Shown here in pieces: positions 1 to 8,909 of a stretch of DNA of 64,000 bases. The translations under genes were made by a program, and so were the position numbers. The notes beneath the pieces are model-generated. The model was not told the DNA's origin. It searched no databases and saw only the letters and a list, made by a program, of their open reading frames with translations. This DNA comes from Roseibacillus sp. (GTDB lineage Bacteria > Verrucomicrobiota > Verrucomicrobiia > Verrucomicrobiales > Akkermansiaceae), in assembly GCA_051251855.1 (NCBI GenBank), contig JBPOGI010000004.1, forward strand, positions 160,001 through 224,000, written 5' to 3'. The first letter of the stretch is position 1, and each line of letters starts with the position of its first letter.

Positions 1-1
1 T

Positions 2-739
2 CCCGATGCTCAACTCAACGAGCTCTCCCCCGATGGTGAAGGATCAAGTGAAATCACCAATCTCAACGGAAGTCTCACCGCAAACCGTATTAGCCGCTTT
101 CGCGTTCCTCTCTCTCGGTCGCTGGAAGAGGGTGGACCCGAGAAGACCTCTTTCTGGCTTGGGCCACGCGAATACACCGACGCTCAAATCGAAACTCTTG
201 CGCAAAATATCGTTGAAGAAATTAAGGACCGTGGACCCTTCCTCTCCATTGCTGAATTCGTCAACCGTCAACTTGGGCCCACGAACGAAGATCGCGCTCA
301 GATGGGAGCCCTCCAAGCTGCTATCGACGAAGCCAAGCTTAATGACCAATTGGTTGATGATTCGAATGCCGGCTTCGATATCGAGGTCGACAGCGTCGCA
401 GGTTACGAATACAAAAACACCAAGGCTGCTGAAGGCTCCAGTGCACAGGGAGCTCCCGGGTATCTCACCCAGGCCGATCTCCTCAGCGTTCTTGGAAATG
501 CCACCACCGCACGATCAGACACCTTCACGGTCCGAGGTTATGGTGAATCACGGGATAACTCTGGAAGAATCGAAGCCACCGCAGTTTGCGAGGCCGTTGT
601 ACAACGCTTCCCTGAGTGGATGGATAGCGTTGACGAAGTCGAAGAGCGACCTGTCGATTTGAAAAGCGAAACGAACCAGAAATTTGGCCGTCGCTTCCGC
701 ATGGTTTCCTTCCGCTGGTTAAGTGAAAGCGAAGTTTAA
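2..739 (+). CDS. C-terminal part of a large Verrucomicrobia-type protein (Verru_Chthon cassette protein A-like), 5' truncated by the window edge
   Basis: Frame is open from position 2 to TAA at 739. Contains RGPFLSIAEFVNRQL, RSDTFTVRGYGE and terminal GRRFRMVSFRWL motifs typical of this family. Confidence 0.7.
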   Translation, partial: PDAQLNELSPDGEGSSEITNLNGSLTANRISRFRVPLSRSLEEGGPEKTSFWLGPREYTDAQIETLAQNIVEEIKDRGPFLSIAEFVNRQLGPTNEDRAQMGALQAAIDEAKLNDQLVDDSNAGFDIEVDSVAGYEYKNTKAAEGSSAQGAPGYLTQADLLSVLGNATTARSDTFTVRGYGESRDNSGRIEATAVCEAVVQRFPEWMDSVDEVEERPVDLKSETNQKFGRRFRMVSFRWLSESEV

Positions 740-815
740 AGCGGCGCTGATTCCTTCATTGCGCACAAATCCTTTCTAGTGAACAATTGTTCCCTGCTAC
801 TCGTCCAATCTGCAA

Positions 816-1499
816 ATGAGCCGTATCAAATTACCCATCATCCTTCTCTCGCTGCTTGCCACTCTTGCTCCCAGCCTTTTGGCTCAGGACCTCAGACCAG
901 TGGAATGTCGCTTTCTTGCTCTCGATGAAAGACCCGATTCCATCCTGAACGCGGTGGGAGAGAACAAAGACATCAAAGTCAGCATCCTCAAGAATCGAAT
1001 CTCAGAACCCATCGAATGTATCGCCGTCAATGGGCGCCTTAACTTCATCGATGGCCAATCTCGTGAGCCCCTCGCCTCAACACCGATTCCCGCCAAGATC
1101 AAGAAGGCGATCATTATCTTTGTAGAGGTTCCCGATCAGAAAAAGTGGTTCATCGTCCCCTTCGAAGACAGTGCCGAACAATTCCCAAAGGGAGGAACCC
1201 ACGTTGTCAACCTGCACTCCGACGACATCCGCTTCATCTTGGGAGAATCAAAGGAAGTATTACCTCCTCGTAAGACCAAAGGATTCGAAATGCCCGAAAA
1301 ACGAAATGAGTTCAACATGGCTCCAGTAGTTTTCCAGTTTAAGAATAAAAAAGACGAATGGGTCAATGGCAAGGAAACAGCCTATCGTTTTCTCCCCGCC
1401 ATCCGCTACCTCCTTATTGCATACATCGATCCGAACAATAATCGCCCACGGGTAAAGACCTTCAAGGACACCTTCCGACCACGACCACCTGCCGAGTAA
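816..1499 (+). CDS. Hypothetical secreted protein
   Basis: 227 aa ORF with an N-terminal signal peptide (MSRIKLPIILLSLLATLAPSLLA). Confidence 0.75.
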   Translation: MSRIKLPIILLSLLATLAPSLLAQDLRPVECRFLALDERPDSILNAVGENKDIKVSILKNRISEPIECIAVNGRLNFIDGQSREPLASTPIPAKIKKAIIIFVEVPDQKKWFIVPFEDSAEQFPKGGTHVVNLHSDDIRFILGESKEVLPPRKTKGFEMPEKRNEFNMAPVVFQFKNKKDEWVNGKETAYRFLPAIRYLLIAYIDPNNNRPRVKTFKDTFRPRPPAE

Positions 1500-1560
1500 A
1501 GACGGGTCTTCCTGATATCGGGCATTGCCGCCTATCGCTGCTGACATCTAGACTGTCGCC

Positions 1561-2925
1561 ATGCAGCAACAACTCGTCCAACTACTTGGGCCTGACAAAG
1601 TCTCTCTCGCACCGGAGGTCATCGCAGAGCACGCGATTGATAAGTGGAACTTTGCCTCGTCCCCGCAAGTAGTTGTCTTTGCCCAAAGTACTGAAGACGT
1701 CGCCAAGACCCTCTCCTTTGCCCACAAAAACGGCATCCCCGTAACTACCAGAGGCGCAGGAATCGGATATGTGGGTGGAGCCGTGCCCGTCCAAGGCGGC
1801 ATCGTTCTCTCCGTTGCCCGTATGAACCAAATCCTCGAGCTCTCTCCCGCAGATGGGCTTGCCGTCGTACAACCCGGAGTCATCACCAAAACTCTCCAAG
1901 ACGCCGCAGTCTCAGAAGGCTGGTATTACCCCCCCGACCCAGCCTCCCTCAAGGAATGCTCCCTCGGAGGCAACATCGCCACTAACGCGGGTGGACCTCG
2001 CTGCCTCAAATACGGAGTTACCAAGAACTACGTGATGGGCCTCGAAGTCGTTCTCGCTGACGGCACCATCACTCGTATTGGTGGGCGCTGTCACAAAAAC
2101 AAAACCGGCTTCTCCTTGACCGAACTTTTCGTTGGTTCTGAAGGACTGTTAGGAATTGTCACTGAAGCCACCCTCCGCATCATTCCCCACCCGCAACGGC
2201 GGGCTATGCTGACCGCCACCTTCGCCCGTTTCTCCGAAGCTGCTGCCGCCGTCCAGACCATCCTCAACTCCGGTCATCTCCCCTCCGCCCTTGAAATCAC
2301 CGACGCCTTCACCCTCCAAGCCGCCCGCAACTATCTCGGCGCCGACACCCTTCCCGCCGGCGAAGCCCACCTCATTGTCGAGATCGATGGCCGTAACTCT
2401 GCTGTCGAAGCCGAGCTCCCCGAACTCGAATCTCTCCTCTCAAACGCAGGAGCTCTCTCCATTGAAGCCCACCGCGACGAAGAGGCTTGCGAGGCAGTCT
2501 GGAAACTCCGCCGCGAGTTCTCCTACTCCCTGCGTGCCACTGGCCTCACCAAACTCAACGAGGACATCGTCGTTCCACGCTCTAAGCTGGTCGAACTTGT
2601 TGAATTCGCGCAAGAGCTCGCCGCCAAAACCGGCATCCCCGTCGCCTGCTTCGGGCACGCTGGAGACGGCAATATCCACGTCAACCTCATGGTAGAAGAT
2701 TACGACGACCCAGAGAAAAAGAAACCCGCCGACGAAGCCCTCGACCAACTCTTCAACTGGATTCTCGCTAACCAAGGTGCCATCACCGGCGAGCATGGGG
2801 TCGGACTTGCAAAGAAGCGCTGGTTCGAACAAGCAGTGGGTCCCGCCAACTTCGCCGTTCACCAATCTATCAAGAAGGCCCTCGATCCCACCGCCACTCT
2901 CAACCCAGGCAAATTCCTCGACTAA
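1561..2925 (+). CDS. FAD-linked oxidase, GlcD/D-lactate dehydrogenase family
   Basis: Motifs RGAG, YPPDPAS, GGNIATNAGG, GSEGLLGI, GHAGDGNIH, TGEHGVG and terminal LNPGK. Confidence 0.92.
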   Translation: MQQQLVQLLGPDKVSLAPEVIAEHAIDKWNFASSPQVVVFAQSTEDVAKTLSFAHKNGIPVTTRGAGIGYVGGAVPVQGGIVLSVARMNQILELSPADGLAVVQPGVITKTLQDAAVSEGWYYPPDPASLKECSLGGNIATNAGGPRCLKYGVTKNYVMGLEVVLADGTITRIGGRCHKNKTGFSLTELFVGSEGLLGIVTEATLRIIPHPQRRAMLTATFARFSEAAAAVQTILNSGHLPSALEITDAFTLQAARNYLGADTLPAGEAHLIVEIDGRNSAVEAELPELESLLSNAGALSIEAHRDEEACEAVWKLRREFSYSLRATGLTKLNEDIVVPRSKLVELVEFAQELAAKTGIPVACFGHAGDGNIHVNLMVEDYDDPEKKKPADEALDQLFNWILANQGAITGEHGVGLAKKRWFEQAVGPANFAVHQSIKKALDPTATLNPGKFLD

Positions 2926-2953
2926 AAAACAATCTCAATCAGTCCCAAATATC

Positions 2954-3265
2954 ATGCAGTACGAAAACGTCACCGCCATCGCCGCCGCCAATGTCTACTT
3001 CGACGGCAAAGTCATCTCTCACGCCATCATCTTACCCGACGGGTCTAAAAAGACTCTCGGCGTCATTCTCCCTGGCGAATATCACTTCGGAACCGAAGCC
3101 GCCGAACTCATGGAAATCGTCGGAGGCGGTTGCTCCTACGTTCTCGACGGTACCGAAGAATCTCAAGCCGTTTCGGACGGGTCTTCTTTCAACGTCCCCG
3201 CCAACTCAGGATTCACCATCACCGTCACCAGCGAGCCCTGTCACTACGTCTGCTCCTTCCTCTAA
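2954..3265 (+). CDS. ppnP: Pyrimidine/purine nucleoside phosphorylase (YaiE/DUF1255)
   Basis: 103 aa from ATG 2954. ANVYFDGKV, KTLGVILPGEYHFGT, ELMEI and FNVPANSGF match the family. Confidence 0.88.
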   Translation: MQYENVTAIAAANVYFDGKVISHAIILPDGSKKTLGVILPGEYHFGTEAAELMEIVGGGCSYVLDGTEESQAVSDGSSFNVPANSGFTITVTSEPCHYVCSFL

Positions 3266-3624
3266 CAGGAACGGGGCGGCAGAGATTCTCGAAGCTTTTT
3301 GGGCATTCCCGCGACCACTAAATCATAGGAATGCTCAATCAGTTCTCTCATCAATTTCGTCGGCAGACTCCCATCAAAAACAACGGTGTTCCAATGCTTC
3401 TTATTCATATGGTAGCCCGGCTCCACCGCCTCCCACTCCTCTCTCAGCTCCACCGCACGCTCAGGATCACACTTTAAGTTCATCTGCCCCACCTCACGCT
3501 TCAGCCCCGCAGTCGCAAACATCTTTCCCGCCACCTTATAGACCAAAGCATCGGGACCAAACGGAGTCGTCTCCTCCACCTCGGGAAGACCTAGGCAAAA
3601 TTCAATCGCATCCTGCAGTTCCAT
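3262..3624 (-). CDS. MmcQ/YjbR family DNA-binding protein
   Basis: PFGPDALVYKVAGKMFA, NLKCDPE and PGYHMNKKHWNTV motifs. Confidence 0.92.
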   Translation of the reverse strand: MELQDAIEFCLGLPEVEETTPFGPDALVYKVAGKMFATAGLKREVGQMNLKCDPERAVELREEWEAVEPGYHMNKKHWNTVVFDGSLPTKLMRELIEHSYDLVVAGMPKKLRESLPPRSC

Positions 3625-3646
3625 CCTCTTATTCTAAGCGCAACTC

Positions 3647-4897
3647 ATGCCCAAAGACCATTATCAACTCATCGTCATCGGAGGAGGTGCAGCCGGATTC
3701 TTTGGAGCCATCACCGCCGCCGAGCAAGGACTCAAACGCATCCTGATTCTGGAAAAATCAAAAGAAGTTCTCACCAAAGTCCGCATCTCTGGCGGCGGCC
3801 GTTGCAACGTCACCCACGACTGCCCGGACCCCCGCGAACTCATCAAGAACTACCCCCGTGGCCACCGTAGCTTGCACGGCCCCTTCCACCGCTTTAACGC
3901 CACCGACACTATTGCCTGGTTCAACGACCATGGCGTCACCCTCAAGACCGAAGCCGACGGGCGGATGTTCCCCGCCACTAACACCTCCGAAACCATCGTG
4001 CAATGCCTCACCAATGCCGCACGCAAGCACCACATTGAAGTTCGAAACCGTAGCAAAGTCACCGCCCTCGAGTCCCTCCCAAACGATGGCTACACCGTCC
4101 ATCTCGCCGACGGCAGTATCCTACAAGGAGCCAACATCCTCATCGCTACCGGCGGTCTGCGCGGCGCAGAAGCACGCCAAACTGTTCGCGATGCAGAACA
4201 TGAATTCTCCTCTCCCGTCCCCTCCCTCTTCACCTTTCACATCGACGACCCTCGCCTCACAGACCTCCAAGGCGTTTCCGTCCCTCTTGCCACCGCCAGC
4301 GCTCTCAAAGAATCCATGGCAGGCCCCATCCTCATCACCCACTGGGGACTCAGCGGCCCAGGGATTCTTAGGCTTTCCGCCTGGAATGCTCGCCGCTTTG
4401 CCGACTGCGATTACCGCTTCAACCTCAAGGTCAATTGGACTGGCAACCTGCTCCCCCAAGAGGTCGAAACCATCCTCAACACCGAGCGCAAAAATCATAG
4501 CACCCGATCCATCGCGAAGCGCTCCCTCATTGAGGGCATCACCATCCGCTTCTGGACCCGCCTCTGCCAAGCGGCCGAAATCACCGAAGGCCAGACATGG
4601 GCCAACCTCACCAAGAAACAGACCCAAGAACTCGTTCACCAACTCACCGCAGCTGAATTTCAAGTCACCGGCAAGAGCACCAACAAGGACGAATTCGTCA
4701 CCTGCGGCGGCGTCCATTTGAAAGACCTCAATCTCAAGACGATGGAGAGCAAGACCCAAGCCGGGCTCTACTTTGCAGGCGAAGTTCTCGATATCGACGG
4801 CATCACCGGCGGCTTCAATTTTCAAGCAGCATGGACCACCGGACACCTCGCAGGAACGGCAGCAGCCCAATCAGAGCGAGGACATCACTCTCCCTGA
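3647..4897 (+). CDS. NAD(P)/FAD-dependent oxidoreductase, HI0933/YhiN (BaiN-like) family
   Basis: GGGAAG Rossmann motif, ISGGGRCNVT, THWGLSGP, VTCGGV and GEVLDIDGITGGFNFQAAW. Confidence 0.92.
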   Translation: MPKDHYQLIVIGGGAAGFFGAITAAEQGLKRILILEKSKEVLTKVRISGGGRCNVTHDCPDPRELIKNYPRGHRSLHGPFHRFNATDTIAWFNDHGVTLKTEADGRMFPATNTSETIVQCLTNAARKHHIEVRNRSKVTALESLPNDGYTVHLADGSILQGANILIATGGLRGAEARQTVRDAEHEFSSPVPSLFTFHIDDPRLTDLQGVSVPLATASALKESMAGPILITHWGLSGPGILRLSAWNARRFADCDYRFNLKVNWTGNLLPQEVETILNTERKNHSTRSIAKRSLIEGITIRFWTRLCQAAEITEGQTWANLTKKQTQELVHQLTAAEFQVTGKSTNKDEFVTCGGVHLKDLNLKTMESKTQAGLYFAGEVLDIDGITGGFNFQAAWTTGHLAGTAAAQSERGHHSP

Positions 4898-5013
4898 CTA
4901 CTCACAACCAATGTCCCCTCAATTGAAGCCCTCGAACTCACTCTAACAGCTCTTTAAACCCACACACCTCAGTCACCAAACCCCTTCTTGGGACGAAACC
5001 TAGCTATCCAACC

Positions 5014-5484
5014 TTAGTTCTTCGGGATTGCTCTGAGTAGCTCTTGCTTGATGACGATAGTGATGTCATCGATTGAAGATCTCGCATAGAGCAATGAGCT
5101 TCGATAATCATCTTTGAACACGATTTCGTATTTATCTTTGAATACCCGCTCAATCAGTTCTAGCAGATACTTCTGGCACAGTTGCTCCACTTTTTCCTTA
5201 TCGGCATCGTCATGCATCATTCCCGCCGCAGCCTCCATCGCATTCACTGCCTCCCCATTCATAATCGCCGCCTGCATCTTGGCTTGCACCTCTTTGGCCT
5301 TCATTTTCTTGGCTTCGTAACGTTCTCCAAGCTCCTGATTCCCATCCATCTCTAAAACGACCTTGAGCAAAAGATCGTCAATCTCTTTGTAATCAATCTT
5401 AGCAACACTGAATTCGGAATCCCCGGTAGCGATTGCCGACAGAGCCAAAAGAAAAACAAGAACAGGAGTGAAGACGGCTTTCAT
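5014..5484 (-). CDS. Hypothetical secreted protein (possible cassette gene)
   Basis: ORF from ATG 5484 (MKAVFTPVLVFLLALSAIATG, signal peptide) with a helical body. Confidence 0.65.
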   Translation of the reverse strand: MKAVFTPVLVFLLALSAIATGDSEFSVAKIDYKEIDDLLLKVVLEMDGNQELGERYEAKKMKAKEVQAKMQAAIMNGEAVNAMEAAAGMMHDDADKEKVEQLCQKYLLELIERVFKDKYEIVFKDDYRSSLLYARSSIDDITIVIKQELLRAIPKN

Positions 5485-5488
5485 ATTT

Positions 5489-5616
5489 GGGGAAGATTTC
5501 AGCATACCAAATCCAATCAATTTGGCACACCTTGACCACTTCTATCACGACCTCTCACTCCGTCAACATTCGACTCACCAGCAGGTTTCGATTTATGGTG
5601 CTTTGTCTCGTTCGGC
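5489..5616 (-). mobile_element. Degenerate attC-like site (integron cassette recombination site)
   Basis: On the minus strand it starts GCCGAAC (5616-5610) and is 34/51 identical, ungapped, to the site at 6018-6144. The 3' core is degenerate (CTTCCCC) and lies just before the next ATG. Confidence 0.45.
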
Positions 5617-6009
5617 ACCCCATCCCTCATATGGAAGTTCACTCGGCGCTATTCCAACGTAGTCGGGCTCCGGCAAGACCAGAAGGCAATAAGCAAGTAT
5701 CGTCTCTGCACCCTGATTGAGCGCCTTGCAGACCCGATGCATCCCATCCAACACTCGATACTCGGGATCCACAATAATAGGATACGTGAGATCCGCTTCT
5801 CGAATGAGCTGAGCATGCTCCGCTATCTTGCGACAAGTCGGCAAGTCACCCTCCAGATTGAACCAATGCGGCTCATCTAGTTCTGCTATTTCCGAAATCT
5901 GAATCTCAACGGGTGTTAAGCTCGAGACTCTTTCGATCAGGCCGACGACATCCCAAGCGAGCAAACCTTGGTCGGAGTCCCTAAAATGATACTGGGGGCG
6001 AAGCTTCAT
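5593..6009 (-). CDS. Small hypothetical protein with a ParB/Srx-like PII...DGMHR motif (possible cassette gene)
   Basis: 138 aa ORF containing YPIIVDPEYRVLDGMHRVCKA. Confidence 0.7.
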   Translation of the reverse strand: MKLRPQYHFRDSDQGLLAWDVVGLIERVSSLTPVEIQISEIAELDEPHWFNLEGDLPTCRKIAEHAQLIREADLTYPIIVDPEYRVLDGMHRVCKALNQGAETILAYCLLVLPEPDYVGIAPSELPYEGWGAERDKAP

Positions 6010-6017
6010 GTTTTTCA

Positions 6018-6144
6018 GGCGAACGTTTTAGAGCTCTCATCACACCAAATCACTGCACTTTTACAATTCCTACCACTTCACCTCCTGCAGTCAACGACGG
6101 ACTCGCCAGCGTAGTCGCATTGATGGTTCTGCGTCTTGTTAGTC
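6018..6144 (-). mobile_element. attC-like site
   Basis: Minus strand reads GACTAAC (overlapping the upstream stop codon) ... GTTCGCC, 127 bp in total. CATCA/TGATG complementarity lies near the ends, and the next gene's ATG follows 8 nt later. Confidence 0.55.
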
Positions 6145-6618
6145 ATCCTGATTGAGCTGCGGAGGATTGAAAAGAAGATTGGCCACCAGAACCGCCTGAT
6201 GAAGCCGCTCCTGCTTGCATTCAAACCGCATACACGATTGATAATCGGCGTGGTCAAATCTCATCTCGTCGATTGAGTAAGAGCGCTTATTCCCAGAAAC
6301 TTTGATCGCCGTCGAAATTTCGACATCAGGCGTCCTGAATAGCGCATTACCAGAAGTGTCCACCTGATACTCCAAGAGTCGATCACCCTGAAGCGACAAA
6401 TCCATCCGATACATTGAACCGTCAAACAAAAGGGCGCACCGCTGAAGAATCCCATCCCCACCCCAAAGCTCGTAATGATTACTCAAATTCGCAAACTTCT
6501 GGCTCCACCGAATCGCGAACCACCCGTCGTCACTGACCACTTCCGCACGGTATTTCCGAGCGATGCCGAGAAGAGCCCAAATACTATCGTTCTTTCGTAA
6601 TCCGACTGATCCGCGCAT
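6139..6618 (-). CDS. Hypothetical protein (possible cassette gene)
   Basis: 159 aa ORF with no recognised family, bounded by attC-like ends. Confidence 0.5.
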   Translation of the reverse strand: MRGSVGLRKNDSIWALLGIARKYRAEVVSDDGWFAIRWSQKFANLSNHYELWGGDGILQRCALLFDGSMYRMDLSLQGDRLLEYQVDTSGNALFRTPDVEISTAIKVSGNKRSYSIDEMRFDHADYQSCMRFECKQERLHQAVLVANLLFNPPQLNQDD

Positions 6619-6784
6619 ATTTTCTGGAAGACTGTCTGCTTATTTCGTTTTAACGTTCAAGAGCCTTATCGAGTTTTTCTCAAAATAGCCCTCAGGCGCA
6701 TATAGTCGTGCGAGAGAAGACCCCATTGTAGATTCACGCGATGAAAATCGAAAGAAGGATACCTAGTAGAATGGTCAGTCCCTC

Positions 6785-7132
6785 CTACTCCAACGGCCGA
6801 CACAGCACGAAAGGCGAAACAACCAATGCCTCGAACTGCGTCTTGCCCCCCTCCCATTGGAAGGCATGAATTGCCTCGATTTTCACAAGATCGCCCGACT
6901 TGAGCCACCCCTTCACCAAGGCAGAATCGTCCGACGCCATCGCCTCCCCGACCGCTACCAAATCCTGCGAAGGATCGACGAAGTAGAGGCTATCCCGCTC
7001 AAAGTGCGGCTTGAGATAACTCCAGTCCACCTCCCCCATGAACTTCGTCAACTTCTCACCATCGGTCGAATGGTCCTCGCCAATCATACCATACTTCATG
7101 GAGCCTTCTGGCTGCTCTTCACCTGAAATCAT
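6785..7132 (-). CDS. DUF2288 family protein
   Basis: VDWSYLKPHFERD, DLVAVGEAMASDD and ALVVSPFVL pattern. Confidence 0.8.
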   Translation of the reverse strand: MISGEEQPEGSMKYGMIGEDHSTDGEKLTKFMGEVDWSYLKPHFERDSLYFVDPSQDLVAVGEAMASDDSALVKGWLKSGDLVKIEAIHAFQWEGGKTQFEALVVSPFVLCRPLE

Positions 7133-7144
7133 TACCCCACCAAG

Positions 7145-7654
7145 CTACTGAGACTGCCCAAGGACACGCAACTCACAAATCCCCTTTGCGAGTGTTCCTC
7201 CCTTCACAATTCGACAACGTAGACCTCCCTTTCCTCGCAAAAACTCTTCCACCCCCGGCTTACAGGCTTCGTCCATCCAGTAGCATGGCTTTGCCTCTTC
7301 GCTCCCCGTGAACTCCAATTCTCCAATCGAGAAACGCTGCCCGATGAGCTCGTTCAAGTCCAACCCGCTCACCACCGCATTGCGCCGAAACGTGCTCACC
7401 TCCAACTCCGGCAAAGCAAACTTCTCACAAATCTCCTGCCAAACAGCCTCGTCGAAGAACGTGAGCTGTCCCTTATAGTCAGGCTTATAGTTAAAGTAGC
7501 GGTCTCCCACAATTCCACTTCCCGCCACCAGCTCCACCTCTTCCCTGTCCTCGATATCGTGCTCTCTTCTGCTCTCCCCATGCCTCCCCTTAAAATCATG
7601 GCCGGGCGAAACAAATAAGTTCTTCACCTCTAACGAATGGACGTCTGATTTCAT
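7145..7654 (-). CDS. MOSC domain-containing protein
   Basis: GIVGDRY, FRRNAVVSG, PCYWM and GGLRCRIVKGG. Start placed at ATG 7654. Confidence 0.85.
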   Translation of the reverse strand: MKSDVHSLEVKNLFVSPGHDFKGRHGESRREHDIEDREEVELVAGSGIVGDRYFNYKPDYKGQLTFFDEAVWQEICEKFALPELEVSTFRRNAVVSGLDLNELIGQRFSIGELEFTGSEEAKPCYWMDEACKPGVEEFLRGKGGLRCRIVKGGTLAKGICELRVLGQSQ

Positions 7655-7811
7655 AAAGACAACAAAGCCCAAAACGCTCTCTTTTGAACCCCTAATTTGC
7701 GCTCCTTTTTCTTCTTCTCGAATCTTCCCAATCTCTCCCACGACTCCTCAATCCTCCCTCCCCAGAGATTAAGAACTGACAAGCCCCCCATCATCATCGA
7801 TAAATACCCAA

Positions 7812-8789
7812 GTGTCGGCCATCCTTGTCCAAAATCTCTATCGCTACTTCGGCCAACTCAAGGCTGTCGATGGTATTTCATTCGAAGTTCCTCATGGATC
7901 TGTTTGTGGCTTCGTCGGAGCGAACGGCGCGGGAAAAACCACGACCATGCGGATTCTCGCCACCCTCGACTACCCCACGATGGGAACCGCCGAAGTTTGC
8001 GGCATCAACGTCGTTCACCACCCCGATAAAGTCCGCTCCCTCATTGGCTGGATGCCCGACCACTTCGGTAACTATGACAACATGACCGTGTTGGAGTACC
8101 TCGACTTCTACGCTCGCGCCCTCGGATTCAAAAACGACGAAAGACGCCACCGTATCCAAGAAGTGATGGAGTTCACCGACCTCGGGCCCCTCTCAGATCG
8201 CCTCTCTAACAAGCTTTCTAAGGGCCAAACCCAGCGCTTGGGCCTTGGTCGCGCCCTTCTTCACGACCCACAAATCCTCATCATGGACGAGCCCGCAGCT
8301 GGCTTGGATCCCAAAGCGCGCGTCGAGCTCAAGCACCTCATTCGAATTCTCGCTGAAGAGGGTAAAACCATTTTCATATCCTCACACATCCTAAGTGAAT
8401 TAGGAGAAATGTGCGACTCTCTCCTCTTTGTCAATGGAGGCCGAATCGTCCACCATGGCGACGCCGAATCTCTGAAAATGGGCTCCGACTCTACCGGAGG
8501 GGTCTTCTACGATGTTCAAGTCGCCAATCGGCCAGAAGTCGTTAACGATTGGGCAATTCTCAATCCTCAGGTCGAATTCATCGAATCTCGCAAACGAGGA
8601 GGCCGAATTCGCATTGCCTCTGCTGATGCAGAAAAAGCTGCCGAAGTCCTTCGCCGCATGGTCAAAGACGGTCTTCCCATTACCGAGTTTCATCGCGAGG
8701 AACGCAATCTAGAAGACGCATTTATCGACATTCTAAGCCGTATTGACGATGGAAAGACCGCCCTCGAACTTCCCGCTAGCAAAGATTAA
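7812..8789 (+). CDS. ABC transporter ATP-binding protein (ABC-2 type)
   Basis: Walker A GANGAGKTT, signature LSKGQ, Walker B LIMDEP and SSH motif. Confidence 0.93.
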   Translation: MSAILVQNLYRYFGQLKAVDGISFEVPHGSVCGFVGANGAGKTTTMRILATLDYPTMGTAEVCGINVVHHPDKVRSLIGWMPDHFGNYDNMTVLEYLDFYARALGFKNDERRHRIQEVMEFTDLGPLSDRLSNKLSKGQTQRLGLGRALLHDPQILIMDEPAAGLDPKARVELKHLIRILAEEGKTIFISSHILSELGEMCDSLLFVNGGRIVHHGDAESLKMGSDSTGGVFYDVQVANRPEVVNDWAILNPQVEFIESRKRGGRIRIASADAEKAAEVLRRMVKDGLPITEFHREERNLEDAFIDILSRIDDGKTALELPASKD

Positions 8790-8909
8790 CAAAATTCCTC
8801 CAAGAAAAAACGTCTTCAATCGTTTCTTCAGCAAGGAAAACACCCATCTTTGACAGCACTTGCTGCTTGTCAGACCCCGACTTAAATTCTTTCTTATTTG
8901 AATCCATTT

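Noticed and set aside
6..662. 218 aa plus-strand ORF in the ORF track
   Set aside because: Alternative frame of the real partial gene (2-739), which carries the family motifs.
6666..6908. 80 aa minus-strand ORF and a possible third full attC upstream of 6618
   Set aside because: The ORF overlaps DUF2288 out of frame. Only the 3' end (TTGAACGTTAAAA) resembles an attC, and no matching 5' half was found.
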